Source: an archaeon GW2011_AR15 (GTDB lineage Archaea > Nanobdellota > Nanobdellia > Woesearchaeales > GW2011-AR15). From it: 64,000 bases of DNA. The stretch is taken from NCBI GenBank assembly GCA_000830295.1, contig CP010425.1, forward strand, positions 960,001 to 1,024,000, in the 5' to 3' direction. Shown piece by piece: positions 1 to 8,502 of this stretch. Under the pieces are notes generated by a model. It was not told where the DNA came from. It ran no database searches and was given only the letters and a program-made list of their open reading frames with translations. A program made the position numbers and the translations under genes. Each line of letters starts with the position of its first letter. Position 1 is the first letter of the stretch.

Positions 1-700
1 TGTATCCAGACTGCCTTATTGCTTCCTCTATAAGCAGCAGAGGGGCCTCGTTGTCTTTTATTGGAGGGGCAAATCCGCCTTCATCACCTACATTGACAGC
101 ATCAATCCCATATCTCTCTTCCAGGATTTTTTTCAGGGCATGATAAACCTCTGAACCCATCATCAGGGCCTCTTTGAAATCTTCTGCTCCGACAGGAACA
201 ATCATATACTCCTGTATGTCAAGGAGGTTGCCTGCATGCTTCCCTCCGTTTATTATATTGAAATATGGAATAGGCATTTTTGGGGTTGTCTCGGCAAGCT
301 CGCTTAGATAATTATAGAGCTTCATGTTCTTTGCCTTTGCGCCTGCCCTGCAGACTGCCAGGCTCACAGCCAGCACTGCATTTGCACCAAGCTTTGCCTT
401 ATTTGGGGTTGAATCAAGCCTTGTCATCAGTACATCTATGAATTGCTGCTGTGTAACATCAAGGCCTATAAGCTTCGGGGCAATCCTCATATTAATATTC
501 TCAATCGCCCTTAAAACCCCTTTCCCTCTGTATCTTTTTCCTCCGTCACGGAGTTCAACAGCCTCATGCTTTCCTGTTGATGCCCCTGACGGCACAGCTG
601 CCCTGACAGAAAATTCCTTAGTAAATAACTCAACCTCAACAGTAGGGTCTCCCCTGGAATCAAGGATTTCTCTTGGCACTATTCTTACAATTTCAGACAT
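1..700 (-). CDS. eno: Enolase (5' part; runs off the window start)
   Basis: Manual translation of the minus strand from ATG at 700: [24 protein letters not shown]...[20 protein letters not shown]...[13 protein letters not shown]...[11 protein letters not shown]...QEYMI...VGDEGGFAP. These are enolase signatures. Absent from the ORF track because it has no stop in the window. Confidence 0.97.
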   Translation of the reverse strand, partial: MSEIVRIVPREILDSRGDPTVEVELFTKEFSVRAAVPSGASTGKHEAVELRDGGKRYRGKGVLRAIENINMRIAPKLIGLDVTQQQFIDVLMTRLDSTPNKAKLGANAVLAVSLAVCRAGAKAKNMKLYNYLSELAETTPKMPIPYFNIINGGKHAGNLLDIQEYMIVPVGAEDFKEALMMGSEVYHALKKILEERYGIDAVNVGDEGGFAPPIKDNEAPLLLIEEAIRQSGY

Positions 701-797
701 GTTTCACCCCGTTATGTAAAGTAAAGCCCCCAGAATAAAAATATTTCTATAAACTTTATAAAGAACGTGGATTTCTTTTGTTTCAAGTACTAACAAT

Positions 798-962
798 GCC
801 ACGGTGGCACAATCTGGTACTGCGCAGGATTGGAATGCTAAAAAATCAAAGATTTTTGGCACATCAGAAACCTTTGGTTTCCAATGATCCTGTCCCTTTG
901 GGATTCCCGGTTCAAAAGCCAAGGAGGTTAGTTCCTCCGGCATGAAATTCCGGGCCGTGGCG
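798..962 (+). tRNA. tRNA-Ser(GGA) with two introns (836-886 at 37/38; 917-948 at 59/60 in the T-loop)
   Basis: Acceptor stem GCCACGG/CCGTGGC plus discriminator G. Anticodon arm CAGGA-TTGGAA|A-TCCTG, long variable arm TCCCTTTGGGA, T arm CCCGG-TTCAAA|T-CCGGG. Both junctions form BHB-type central helices (TTGG/CCAA; TTCA/TGAA) with 3-nt bulges. Confidence 0.92.
835..862 (+). repeat. Hairpin repeat unit at the start of tRNA-Ser(GGA) intron 1
   Basis: ATGCTAAAAAATCAAAGATTTTTGGCAC is 26/28 identical to the reverse complement of 37051-37078. Confidence 0.85.
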
Positions 963-1032
963 TTTTTCTTCTCGTGAAAACTATAGCTTAACCAAAAAGC
1001 TTTTATATTTGAGAGTAAATGGTAATTTCAAT

Positions 1033-1659
1033 ATGTTTGATATGTTTAAGCGCCTGTTAGATAGCTTCTTTAACAGACTTTTTAAAGGGAAGAAGAAGGC
1101 TAAATTAGGGCTTTACGGGCCTCCAAACGGAGGCAAGACAACTCTGGCAAACAAAATATGCCAGGACTGGCTTGGCGAAGATATGGGAACGACTTCTCCG
1201 ATAGCCCATGAGACAAGAGAAATCCAGATAAAAGAACAGATAACAATAAAATCAAAGGGCAAGGAGCTTACATTTAACCTTGTGGATACTCCCGGGATTG
1301 CTACAAAGATTGATTACGAGGACTTCCTGAAATACATGGATGCCAAGTCAGCCAAGAAAAGGGCTAAGGAGGCAACAAAGGGAGTTATTGATGCCATAAA
1401 ATGGCTGGATGATATGGATGTTGTGATAGTTGTGCTTGATGCAACACTGGACCCTTACAGCCAGGTTAATATAACTATAATAGGCAACCTGCAGGCAAGG
1501 AACATACCTGTAATAATAGCTGCCAATAAGATTGACCTTAAGAAGGCAAGCATAAAAAGAATTGAATCAGCATTCCCACAGTACAAGGTTTTAGGGATAT
1601 CAGCCAAATTCGGCACGCATATGGATGAGTTTTACGAAGAATTAATTAAGGTTTCATAA
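1033..1659 (+). CDS. oapA: Era-like small GTPase OapA/ArvA
   Basis: G1 GPPNGGKT, G3 DTPG, G4 NKID, G5 SAK. First gene of the conserved three-gene archaeal operon. Start placed at ATG 1033. Confidence 0.88.
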   Translation: MFDMFKRLLDSFFNRLFKGKKKAKLGLYGPPNGGKTTLANKICQDWLGEDMGTTSPIAHETREIQIKEQITIKSKGKELTFNLVDTPGIATKIDYEDFLKYMDAKSAKKRAKEATKGVIDAIKWLDDMDVVIVVLDATLDPYSQVNITIIGNLQARNIPVIIAANKIDLKKASIKRIESAFPQYKVLGISAKFGTHMDEFYEELIKVS

Positions 1660-1723
1660 AAAGAGGTTGAAAAACAATGGAGCATTCAGGGTTTGGTGTA
1701 TTGGCCATTGGGGGTCTTTGCTT

Positions 1724-2125
1724 ATGCTGACACTGGAATTTATACCGTATACGGAAATTGCAGGCCTTGACTCTGAGGCACGCATAAAGAAACTGATAAA
1801 TGTCGTGAAGCAGGAGAAGATAGTCCTTCTGGAAGGCAGGCTCAAGGAAGAGGAAGAAGGAGAACTGATAAAGAAAACAATGGAATCAATAAACGACAAG
1901 TTCACAGGAATTGAACTTGGGGTAATAAACCCTGCAGAAAATGATACTTCTTTTTATAAGATAGTGCAGACCATGCTTGCCAGGATTCTTCTTGGCAAAA
2001 GGGAAGGGTTTACAATAATCGGCCCTGCGAATGTAGTCAAGCAGATAAAAAAAGATCCAAATAAGATACAGCTGTTTACAAAAGACAGTACAAGAAGGAA
2101 GAAAAGAGCTTCTGGGAGAAAATAA
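1724..2125 (+). CDS. oapB: OapB/ArvB (DUF2073 family)
   Basis: IVLLEGRL..EEE..LI..TM..I...F.GIE and G.TIIGPA motifs; operon position. Start placed at ATG 1724. Confidence 0.85.
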   Translation: MLTLEFIPYTEIAGLDSEARIKKLINVVKQEKIVLLEGRLKEEEEGELIKKTMESINDKFTGIELGVINPAENDTSFYKIVQTMLARILLGKREGFTIIGPANVVKQIKKDPNKIQLFTKDSTRRKKRASGRK

Positions 2126-2506
2126 ATGCCTCACCAATGCGTAAGATGCGGAAAATTCTATGATGATGGCAGCAAAGAGATTATGTCAGGCTGCGACTGC
2201 GGGGGCAGATTATTCTTTTTTGTAAAGAAAGAAAGGCTTCAGGAGATTCAGGCGGCCCAGTATAAGCTTACAAAAAGCGAGAAGAAACAGATTGAGGAGG
2301 ATGTGTTTGACTTAATCGGGGTTTCAGACAGCCTGAGCAAACCTGTTATTCTTGATTTTGAGTCAATAAGGGTACTGAAACCAGGGAAATATGAGCTTGA
2401 CCTTGTAAACCTTTTCAGGGACAGGCCTTTGGTCTACAAGCTTGATGAAGGAAAGTATGTGATAGATTTGCCTGAAACATTTAAGACAGAGCTCAAAAAG
2501 AAATAA
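2126..2506 (+). CDS. oapC: OapC/ArvC Zn-ribbon protein (DUF2072 family)
   Basis: MPHQCVRCG...GCDCGGRLF zinc ribbon and ESIRVLKPGKYELDL motif; abuts oapB. Confidence 0.88.
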   Translation: MPHQCVRCGKFYDDGSKEIMSGCDCGGRLFFFVKKERLQEIQAAQYKLTKSEKKQIEEDVFDLIGVSDSLSKPVILDFESIRVLKPGKYELDLVNLFRDRPLVYKLDEGKYVIDLPETFKTELKKK

Positions 2507-2511
2507 TTCTT

Positions 2512-5118
2512 CTAATTTTCATGCTTCATGTATTTCCATATTTCTATAAACACTGCCCCTGAGCTTGAAAGCAGGAGTATTGCGAGCAGTTCTGTGGTAT
2601 GGAGAGGGACAATCCCTATTATGCTTCCCAGAGCAGGGATAAACACCAATGCCCCGGTTATGGCCAGTGAAACAGCTACTGCTGCAATAAGCCATATGTT
2701 TTTGAAAATCCCGACCTTGAAGACAGGGTAGATGATTGACCTGCATGTAAAAGAAAGGTAGAGCTCAAACAGGCTTATTGTTACAAATGTCGCTGTCTGC
2801 GCCTTAAGCAGGTCGCCAGAACCAAAGTATATCCATGCGAATATAGACATGGCTACAATAGTCAGTATAATTGGTGCGTAGAGTATGAAAGGGGTAAGGT
2901 CTGCATAGATTGATTCATTCTTCTTCCTTGGCTTCCTGTTCATTGCATTAGGCTCAAATGGGTCAGCACTCAGGGCAACAGCAGGCAGGCCGTCTGTTAC
3001 AAGGTTTATAAGAAGTATCTGTGTTGCAGTCAGGATCAATGGCCAGCCAAGCAGGATTCCAAGTGTTATTATCAGGACCTCTCCTACATTCCCTGACATC
3101 AGCAGGCTAAAATATTTTCTTATGTTGTCATAAACTCCCCTGCCTTCTTCCACTGCATTGACTATACTGGTGAAATTGTCGTCTGTTAGTATCATATCAG
3201 AGGCTTCCTTGGCAACATCTGTGCCCGTTATCCCCATTGATATTCCTATATCAGAGGCTTTGAGGGCGGGTGCGTCATTGACGCCGTCTCCGGTCATGGC
3301 CACAACATGTCCCCTTTTTTTCAGGGCGCTTACAATATGCATCTTGTGCTCAGGGTCAACCCTTGCATAGACACCTATATTTTCAACCTCTTTCTCAAGA
3401 TCTATATCCTTGATTTCCGCTCCTGTTATAGCTTTCCCTTCTATCCCGAGCTCTTTTGCAATTGCCACAGCAGTCCCCCTGTAATCCCCTGTTATCATGA
3501 TGACCTTTATTCCTGCTGTTTTGCATTTCCTGATAGCTTCTTTTACTTCCTCTCTTGGCGGGTCAATCATTCCCTGCAGCCCGACAAAAGTCAGCCCTGA
3601 CTCATAATCTTTTCCTGAGACTTCCCTGTAGGCGAATCCCAGGACTCTCAAAGCCTGGGATGAAAACTCCTCATTTGCCTTCAGGACTTTTTTCTTTGAT
3701 ATATCATCAAGCTTCTTTACTCTGCCGTCTACTATTATACTGTCGCAGAGATTCAGGATTATGTCAGGAGCCCCTTTTACATAAGATACTTTTTTCCCTT
3801 CTATCTTGTGCACTGTAGTCATCCTCTTCCTTGTTGAGTCAAACAATATCTCATCGATTCTCGGATTTTCTCTTGAAAGGGCATGGTAATCTATGCCTGC
3901 CTTGCCTGCCGAGACAAGAAGGCATCCCTCAGTGGGGTCCCCCATAACAGAATATTTCCCGTCTTCAGACACAAGCTTGGCGTCATTATTGAGCGCTCCA
4001 ATTTCCAGAAGAAGGTCGAGGTCTTTTGTCTTTTCCGAAAACTTTCCTGAAGGCTCATAGCCTGAGCCTGAGACTTCAATTGTCTTCCCGTCAACATATA
4101 TCTTCCTGACAGTCATCTCGTTTTTTGTCAGGGTCCCTGTTTTGTCTGTGCATATGACATCGGTGCTTCCGAGAGTTTCAACAGAGGGAAGTTTTCTGAC
4201 AAGAGCATTTCTCTTTATCATTTTCCTCACTCCGAGGGCAAGCGATACAGTCACCACAACAGGGAGGCCTTCGGGTATTGCAGCCACAGCAAGGCTGGCA
4301 GCAGTCTCTATTGCAACCAGAAATGTTTCTTTCCTGAGGAAAAGAATTACAAACAGCACGCTGCATATTCCGAGGATAAGCTTTGTTAGGAATTTTCCGA
4401 GGTTTTCGAGCTTTATCTGAAGAGGGGTCATGGTTTCCTCAGCAGTCTCAATTAAAGTGGCAATTTTCCCGATTTCAGTTTTCATTCCTGTCCTGACAAC
4501 GATTGCCTCTGCCTTGCCTTCAGTGATGATAGTTCCTGAAAAGACCATATTTTTAATGTCGCCAAGCTGCAGCTCTCTTTTATAGGTAGCAATCTCTTTT
4601 TTTACAGGCAGTGATTCTCCTGTAAGGGAAGCTTCCTGGGCCTGGAGATTGTTCAGGCTGATGAGCCTTGCGTCAGCCGGCACCTTTGCCCCTGCATGCA
4701 GTATTATTATGTCCCCCGGCACAAGCTCCTCTGCATTTATCTCCTTTTCCTCACCGTCTCTTACCACAATGGCCTTTAGTGATGCCATTTTTTTCAGTGC
4801 CTCAATGGCCTTTTCTGCCTTGTATTCCTGTATGAACCCTATGACTGCGTTTGCCATAAGAATGGCCAGAATAACATAGAGGTCTATGGTCTCGCCGAGA
4901 ATCCCAGAGATTATGGCAGCCCCTATAAGCACCCAGATGACAGGGTCATTGAACTGCTGGAGAAATAATATAAAAGGATTTATTCCCTTTTTGCCTTCTA
5001 TCCTGTTATAGCCGTATTTCTCAAGCCTGGCTTTTGCTTCAGAAGCAGAGAGTCCTTTCTCTCCAGAGCCTAATTCCTTATAGATTTCCCCCAAATCCAC
5101 CCTGTAAAAGTCCATCAT
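2512..5118 (-). CDS. P-type IIA cation (Ca2+) transporting ATPase
   Basis: TGES, PEGL, DKTGTLT, KGAP, DPPR and TGDGVND motifs; QILLINLVTDG in the membrane region. Confidence 0.95.
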   Translation of the reverse strand: MMDFYRVDLGEIYKELGSGEKGLSASEAKARLEKYGYNRIEGKKGINPFILFLQQFNDPVIWVLIGAAIISGILGETIDLYVILAILMANAVIGFIQEYKAEKAIEALKKMASLKAIVVRDGEEKEINAEELVPGDIIILHAGAKVPADARLISLNNLQAQEASLTGESLPVKKEIATYKRELQLGDIKNMVFSGTIITEGKAEAIVVRTGMKTEIGKIATLIETAEETMTPLQIKLENLGKFLTKLILGICSVLFVILFLRKETFLVAIETAASLAVAAIPEGLPVVVTVSLALGVRKMIKRNALVRKLPSVETLGSTDVICTDKTGTLTKNEMTVRKIYVDGKTIEVSGSGYEPSGKFSEKTKDLDLLLEIGALNNDAKLVSEDGKYSVMGDPTEGCLLVSAGKAGIDYHALSRENPRIDEILFDSTRKRMTTVHKIEGKKVSYVKGAPDIILNLCDSIIVDGRVKKLDDISKKKVLKANEEFSSQALRVLGFAYREVSGKDYESGLTFVGLQGMIDPPREEVKEAIRKCKTAGIKVIMITGDYRGTAVAIAKELGIEGKAITGAEIKDIDLEKEVENIGVYARVDPEHKMHIVSALKKRGHVVAMTGDGVNDAPALKASDIGISMGITGTDVAKEASDMILTDDNFTSIVNAVEEGRGVYDNIRKYFSLLMSGNVGEVLIITLGILLGWPLILTATQILLINLVTDGLPAVALSADPFEPNAMNRKPRKKNESIYADLTPFILYAPIILTIVAMSIFAWIYFGSGDLLKAQTATFVTISLFELYLSFTCRSIIYPVFKVGIFKNIWLIAAVAVSLAITGALVFIPALGSIIGIVPLHTTELLAILLLSSSGAVFIEIWKYMKHEN

Positions 5119-5159
5119 TTTATAGGTTAAACCAGGTCATTTATATTTGTTTTTCTTTA

Positions 5160-6407
5160 TTAGTCGTTTTTTATTATCCTGTCAGGGCTTATGTCATTGT
5201 TCAGTGCATAGAACCCGGCATTTACGCTATCCTCAGCAATCTTGCAGTCACAGTTTGAGATAAGGTTGACAGGTATTGGATTCCCCACATAGCCTCTCTC
5301 AAGCAAGATTTTTCCTCTTCTTATCATTTCTGCAATCCCCTTTGCAAGTTTTTCCCCCCTGCCTGCTGACAGGCTGTACCACTGGCTGAATTTCAGATGG
5401 TTTTTTGACCAGTCAAAATTTCCGTAGCATATTTTTCCAGAGGTGTAGACAAATGGGTGCTTATACGGAACATTGAGCACTCTTGGGGGTTCAAGCACCA
5501 TGACTCTGTGCCCATCTGACCTTACAGGCATTCCAAGCTCAGCTTCTCTAAAATAATAATATCTGCTGTCTTTCTCTATTATATATGGCGGGACAGACAA
5601 GAGGACCATATATTCATCCATACCCAGCTTCCTTACTTTTATGCTTCCGTCTCCTTTTCCTGCAAATTTTTTATAGTTTTTCTGCATGTCTATCCCTTTT
5701 TCAACATTCTCTTTTTTTCTGTTTATGGCATCAAGGACATTAAGAAGCTTGTTTTCTTCTGCCATCATTTTTGATGAAATATGAGTCCTAAGGACTTCAT
5801 TATATTCCTCGCAGAGCTGCTTAAGGCTCTTATAAGGCTTGAGTGAATATTTCCTGCTGCTTACACGCAGGTGCTTTTTTCCTCCGTTATATTTTTCCAG
5901 GGAAAAAGTCTTTCCTTTATGTGCAGCAATCCCGGCTTTATTGCCAAAGAGGGAAGCTATATGATTTTTAGGTGCAAAATCTTCAGGCTTCGGCATGGCA
6001 AGGCTTATTTCCTGAAGGATATCAATTCCTGCTTTCCCTGTTCTGTGGTTATAGGCATTCAGCACATCAATCATTATGAATTTCTCAACTGAATAATCGG
6101 AAATAGAGAGGTAGGCATCTTCTGCTGATTTAAGCTGCCCCCTTAGTTTCTCTATATCTCCTATGATAAAATTAAATCCAGCCACAAGATAATCCGCAAA
6201 TTCTCTGTCTGCTCTGAAAAGCATTTTTTCAAGTTCTGAAACTTCCTCAGATTCATGAAGGGAAAATGTTCCTTCCTCCAGAGAGATATGCCTGCCTGTA
6301 TTTTCAGATTTATCGCCGAAAGTGTACAGCCTGTTATTGGCAACTGCAAAAGACTCCCCGGAATAATAAAAATTCTTTAGGAAATTCGGGACAGGTAGTT
6401 CTGCCAT
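5160..6407 (-). CDS. Hypothetical protein with C-terminal ubiquitin-conjugating E2-like motif
   Basis: 415-aa ORF. PPRVLNVPYKHPFVYTSGKICYG resembles the UBC PPxV...HPN...GxIC signature; coiled-coil segments lie upstream. The domain call is tentative. Confidence 0.55.
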   Translation of the reverse strand: MAELPVPNFLKNFYYSGESFAVANNRLYTFGDKSENTGRHISLEEGTFSLHESEEVSELEKMLFRADREFADYLVAGFNFIIGDIEKLRGQLKSAEDAYLSISDYSVEKFIMIDVLNAYNHRTGKAGIDILQEISLAMPKPEDFAPKNHIASLFGNKAGIAAHKGKTFSLEKYNGGKKHLRVSSRKYSLKPYKSLKQLCEEYNEVLRTHISSKMMAEENKLLNVLDAINRKKENVEKGIDMQKNYKKFAGKGDGSIKVRKLGMDEYMVLLSVPPYIIEKDSRYYYFREAELGMPVRSDGHRVMVLEPPRVLNVPYKHPFVYTSGKICYGNFDWSKNHLKFSQWYSLSAGRGEKLAKGIAEMIRRGKILLERGYVGNPIPVNLISNCDCKIAEDSVNAGFYALNNDISPDRIIKND

Positions 6408-6424
6408 TCTCTAATCCACATTCT

Positions 6425-7477
6425 CTAATCCATGTACTGGAGGGAATTCCTGAGGCTGCCTGAGTTGACGTCATTTACAAGCAACCTCAGCTCATCATTG
6501 GTCTCTGCAATAAGGGCTACACCCGGGTGGCTGTCCACTACCTCTGATATTTCCCTCACAGCACTTACATATGCACTGTTCAGCTGCCTGTTGTATTCTG
6601 AAAGAGAGGCTATCCCGTCGCTCACAACCCCCACCACCTTTGCCAGGTCTATTATAGGCTGCCATGCTACAAAATTATTGTCAAGCGCCTGCTGGTAGAA
6701 CTCTGTCTTCACAGCCATCTCCATTACCCTGTAGAGCGTCATCTCGAACAGTGCTTTCTGCAGTTTCAGGTTTTCCACCTGGCTTTCATAATGCTTCTTC
6801 CCGAATGAGCTCCTGTTGTAGTTGAACCCCTGCTTTCTTACAGCTGCCTCAACATCTATAAGTTTTTTCATAAGCCCGTAATATTCTTCAGGCTGCTCAT
6901 CCCTGCTGATCTCCTGAAGCTTTGTTTTTACTGCATCATACCGGCTAATCTCCTGGGGGATTATGGTCTTCAGCTCGTTCCTCTTCAGCGTCTCATTTGC
7001 GGCATCTCCAAGGATATTGTAAAGCCTTGATTCGATATCCTCCAGGTTGGAGCTGTAGGATTTTATCATTGATGCAAGGTTGTGGTTCAGGCTTCTGACA
7101 TTTCCCTGCTGCTGCACAAAAAGGTCATATATCCCCTGCCTCAGCGGTTTCCTTCCGAAAAGTCCGAGAACAGCATCAGACAAAGTGACCATGCCCCTGT
7201 AGACAGCAGACCTGCTCATCCTTGCAACTTTTTCAAGCTGCTTCTGGTTCTCATTTATCCTCTTTACATAATGATCAATAGCCATAAGGCCGTAGTATTC
7301 CCCGCTATTCTGGGAGGTGACGCTGTGTACTCTTCTGACCAGGGTATTACCGGGGTTTTCCTTTTCCAGGCTGAAATTATCATCCCGCAGATTAAGATTA
7401 TTATGTGTGTTTTGAGAAACAGCAGTTTCCAAACTGCGGCGCTTCTTTTTTAATCTCTGTCTTATGGTGTCGTGCAT
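6425..7477 (-). CDS. Hypothetical all-helical/coiled-coil protein
   Basis: 350-aa ORF with heptad-like composition; 17 bp upstream of and co-oriented with the E2-like gene. Confidence 0.7.
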   Translation of the reverse strand: MHDTIRQRLKKKRRSLETAVSQNTHNNLNLRDDNFSLEKENPGNTLVRRVHSVTSQNSGEYYGLMAIDHYVKRINENQKQLEKVARMSRSAVYRGMVTLSDAVLGLFGRKPLRQGIYDLFVQQQGNVRSLNHNLASMIKSYSSNLEDIESRLYNILGDAANETLKRNELKTIIPQEISRYDAVKTKLQEISRDEQPEEYYGLMKKLIDVEAAVRKQGFNYNRSSFGKKHYESQVENLKLQKALFEMTLYRVMEMAVKTEFYQQALDNNFVAWQPIIDLAKVVGVVSDGIASLSEYNRQLNSAYVSAVREISEVVDSHPGVALIAETNDELRLLVNDVNSGSLRNSLQYMD

Positions 7478-7539
7478 TGCTATCTATATCAGATTATCTT
7501 TAATATCCGTTGTCCTGAAGAAAGCGGAAGATTTACGGC

Positions 7540-8331
7540 TTAAGCATCAAAAAAGAGTATCTCGCAGTTTCTGTTTATCATTGTTGAGACATCTATTTCA
7601 GGCAGCCTTTTCAATTCTGATATTTTTTTTACTGTTTCTGTTATGAAGCTCGGCTCGTTTTTCCTGTCTTTGAAAGGGCTCAGGAACGGCGAGTCTGTCT
7701 CAAGCAGAAGCTGCCTCAGCTGTGTTTCCTTCACTATCTTCTGGAAATGCTCGTCCCTCACAATAGAGGTTGGGATGGAGAAATACCAGTTGTTCTCCCT
7801 TATCCTCCTCACCTGTGAATGCTTTCCGCCGAAGCAGTGCATTATCACCTTGCTATAATTGTATTCTTCCAAAATGTCGATGACTTTTGACTCTGCTTTT
7901 CTTGAGTGGATAATTATAGGCTTTTTTATTCTCATGGCCAGCTCAATCATCTTCCTGAAAGTTTTCTCCTGCATCTCAAAGTCAGTGCCGTCCTTGAAAT
8001 CCATTCCGACCTCCCCGACAGCCACAATATTGTCCTTGTTTTTCTCTATGAATTCTATTTCCCTGTCTATGTCATAGTCGAGGTTCAGCTTATTTTCTGA
8101 TCCCTCGGTCTCTTTTTTCAGTGCGTCAGGAGGATATATGCCAAGGCTTGCATGGACCACATCAGGGTATTTTTTTTTCAGCATCAGCACATTCCTGTTT
8201 GTGCCGGGATTTACTCCTGCTGCCACAGCAGACACATTATTCTGCCGGCATCTATCAATGACTTCATCAATATCCTCTTTGTAGAAGAACTCGTCAAGAT
8301 GGCAGTGGACATCCAAAAGTTTCATACGCAT
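7540..8331 (-). CDS. tatD: TatD family DNase
   Basis: DVHCHL, AVGEVGMD, IIHSR, MHCF, LLETDSPFL and NEP motifs. Confidence 0.95.
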   Translation of the reverse strand: MRMKLLDVHCHLDEFFYKEDIDEVIDRCRQNNVSAVAAGVNPGTNRNVLMLKKKYPDVVHASLGIYPPDALKKETEGSENKLNLDYDIDREIEFIEKNKDNIVAVGEVGMDFKDGTDFEMQEKTFRKMIELAMRIKKPIIIHSRKAESKVIDILEEYNYSKVIMHCFGGKHSQVRRIRENNWYFSIPTSIVRDEHFQKIVKETQLRQLLLETDSPFLSPFKDRKNEPSFITETVKKISELKRLPEIDVSTMINRNCEILFFDA

Positions 8332-8502
8332 TAGAAAATCCCAATTATTATATAAATCTTATACTGAAAAAAATAGACAGATACTACTCTAAAGTTAAAT
8401 CAAAATAATTAAATAGGCATTATAGCATTAAAATTAGAGTTATATTAATTTGGGCCTTACAAAGGCTTTGTGGGCAACCGGGAGGATTAGCGTACACATA
8501 CA

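Noticed and set aside
324-719. 131-aa plus-strand ORF
   Set aside because: Antisense shadow of enolase.
704-943. 79-aa minus-strand ORF
   Set aside because: Antisense to the intron-containing tRNA-Ser(GGA) and its promoter.
963-1032. Replication origin next to the oap operon, as in haloarchaea
   Set aside because: The gap is only about 70 bp, with no ORB repeats or DUE.
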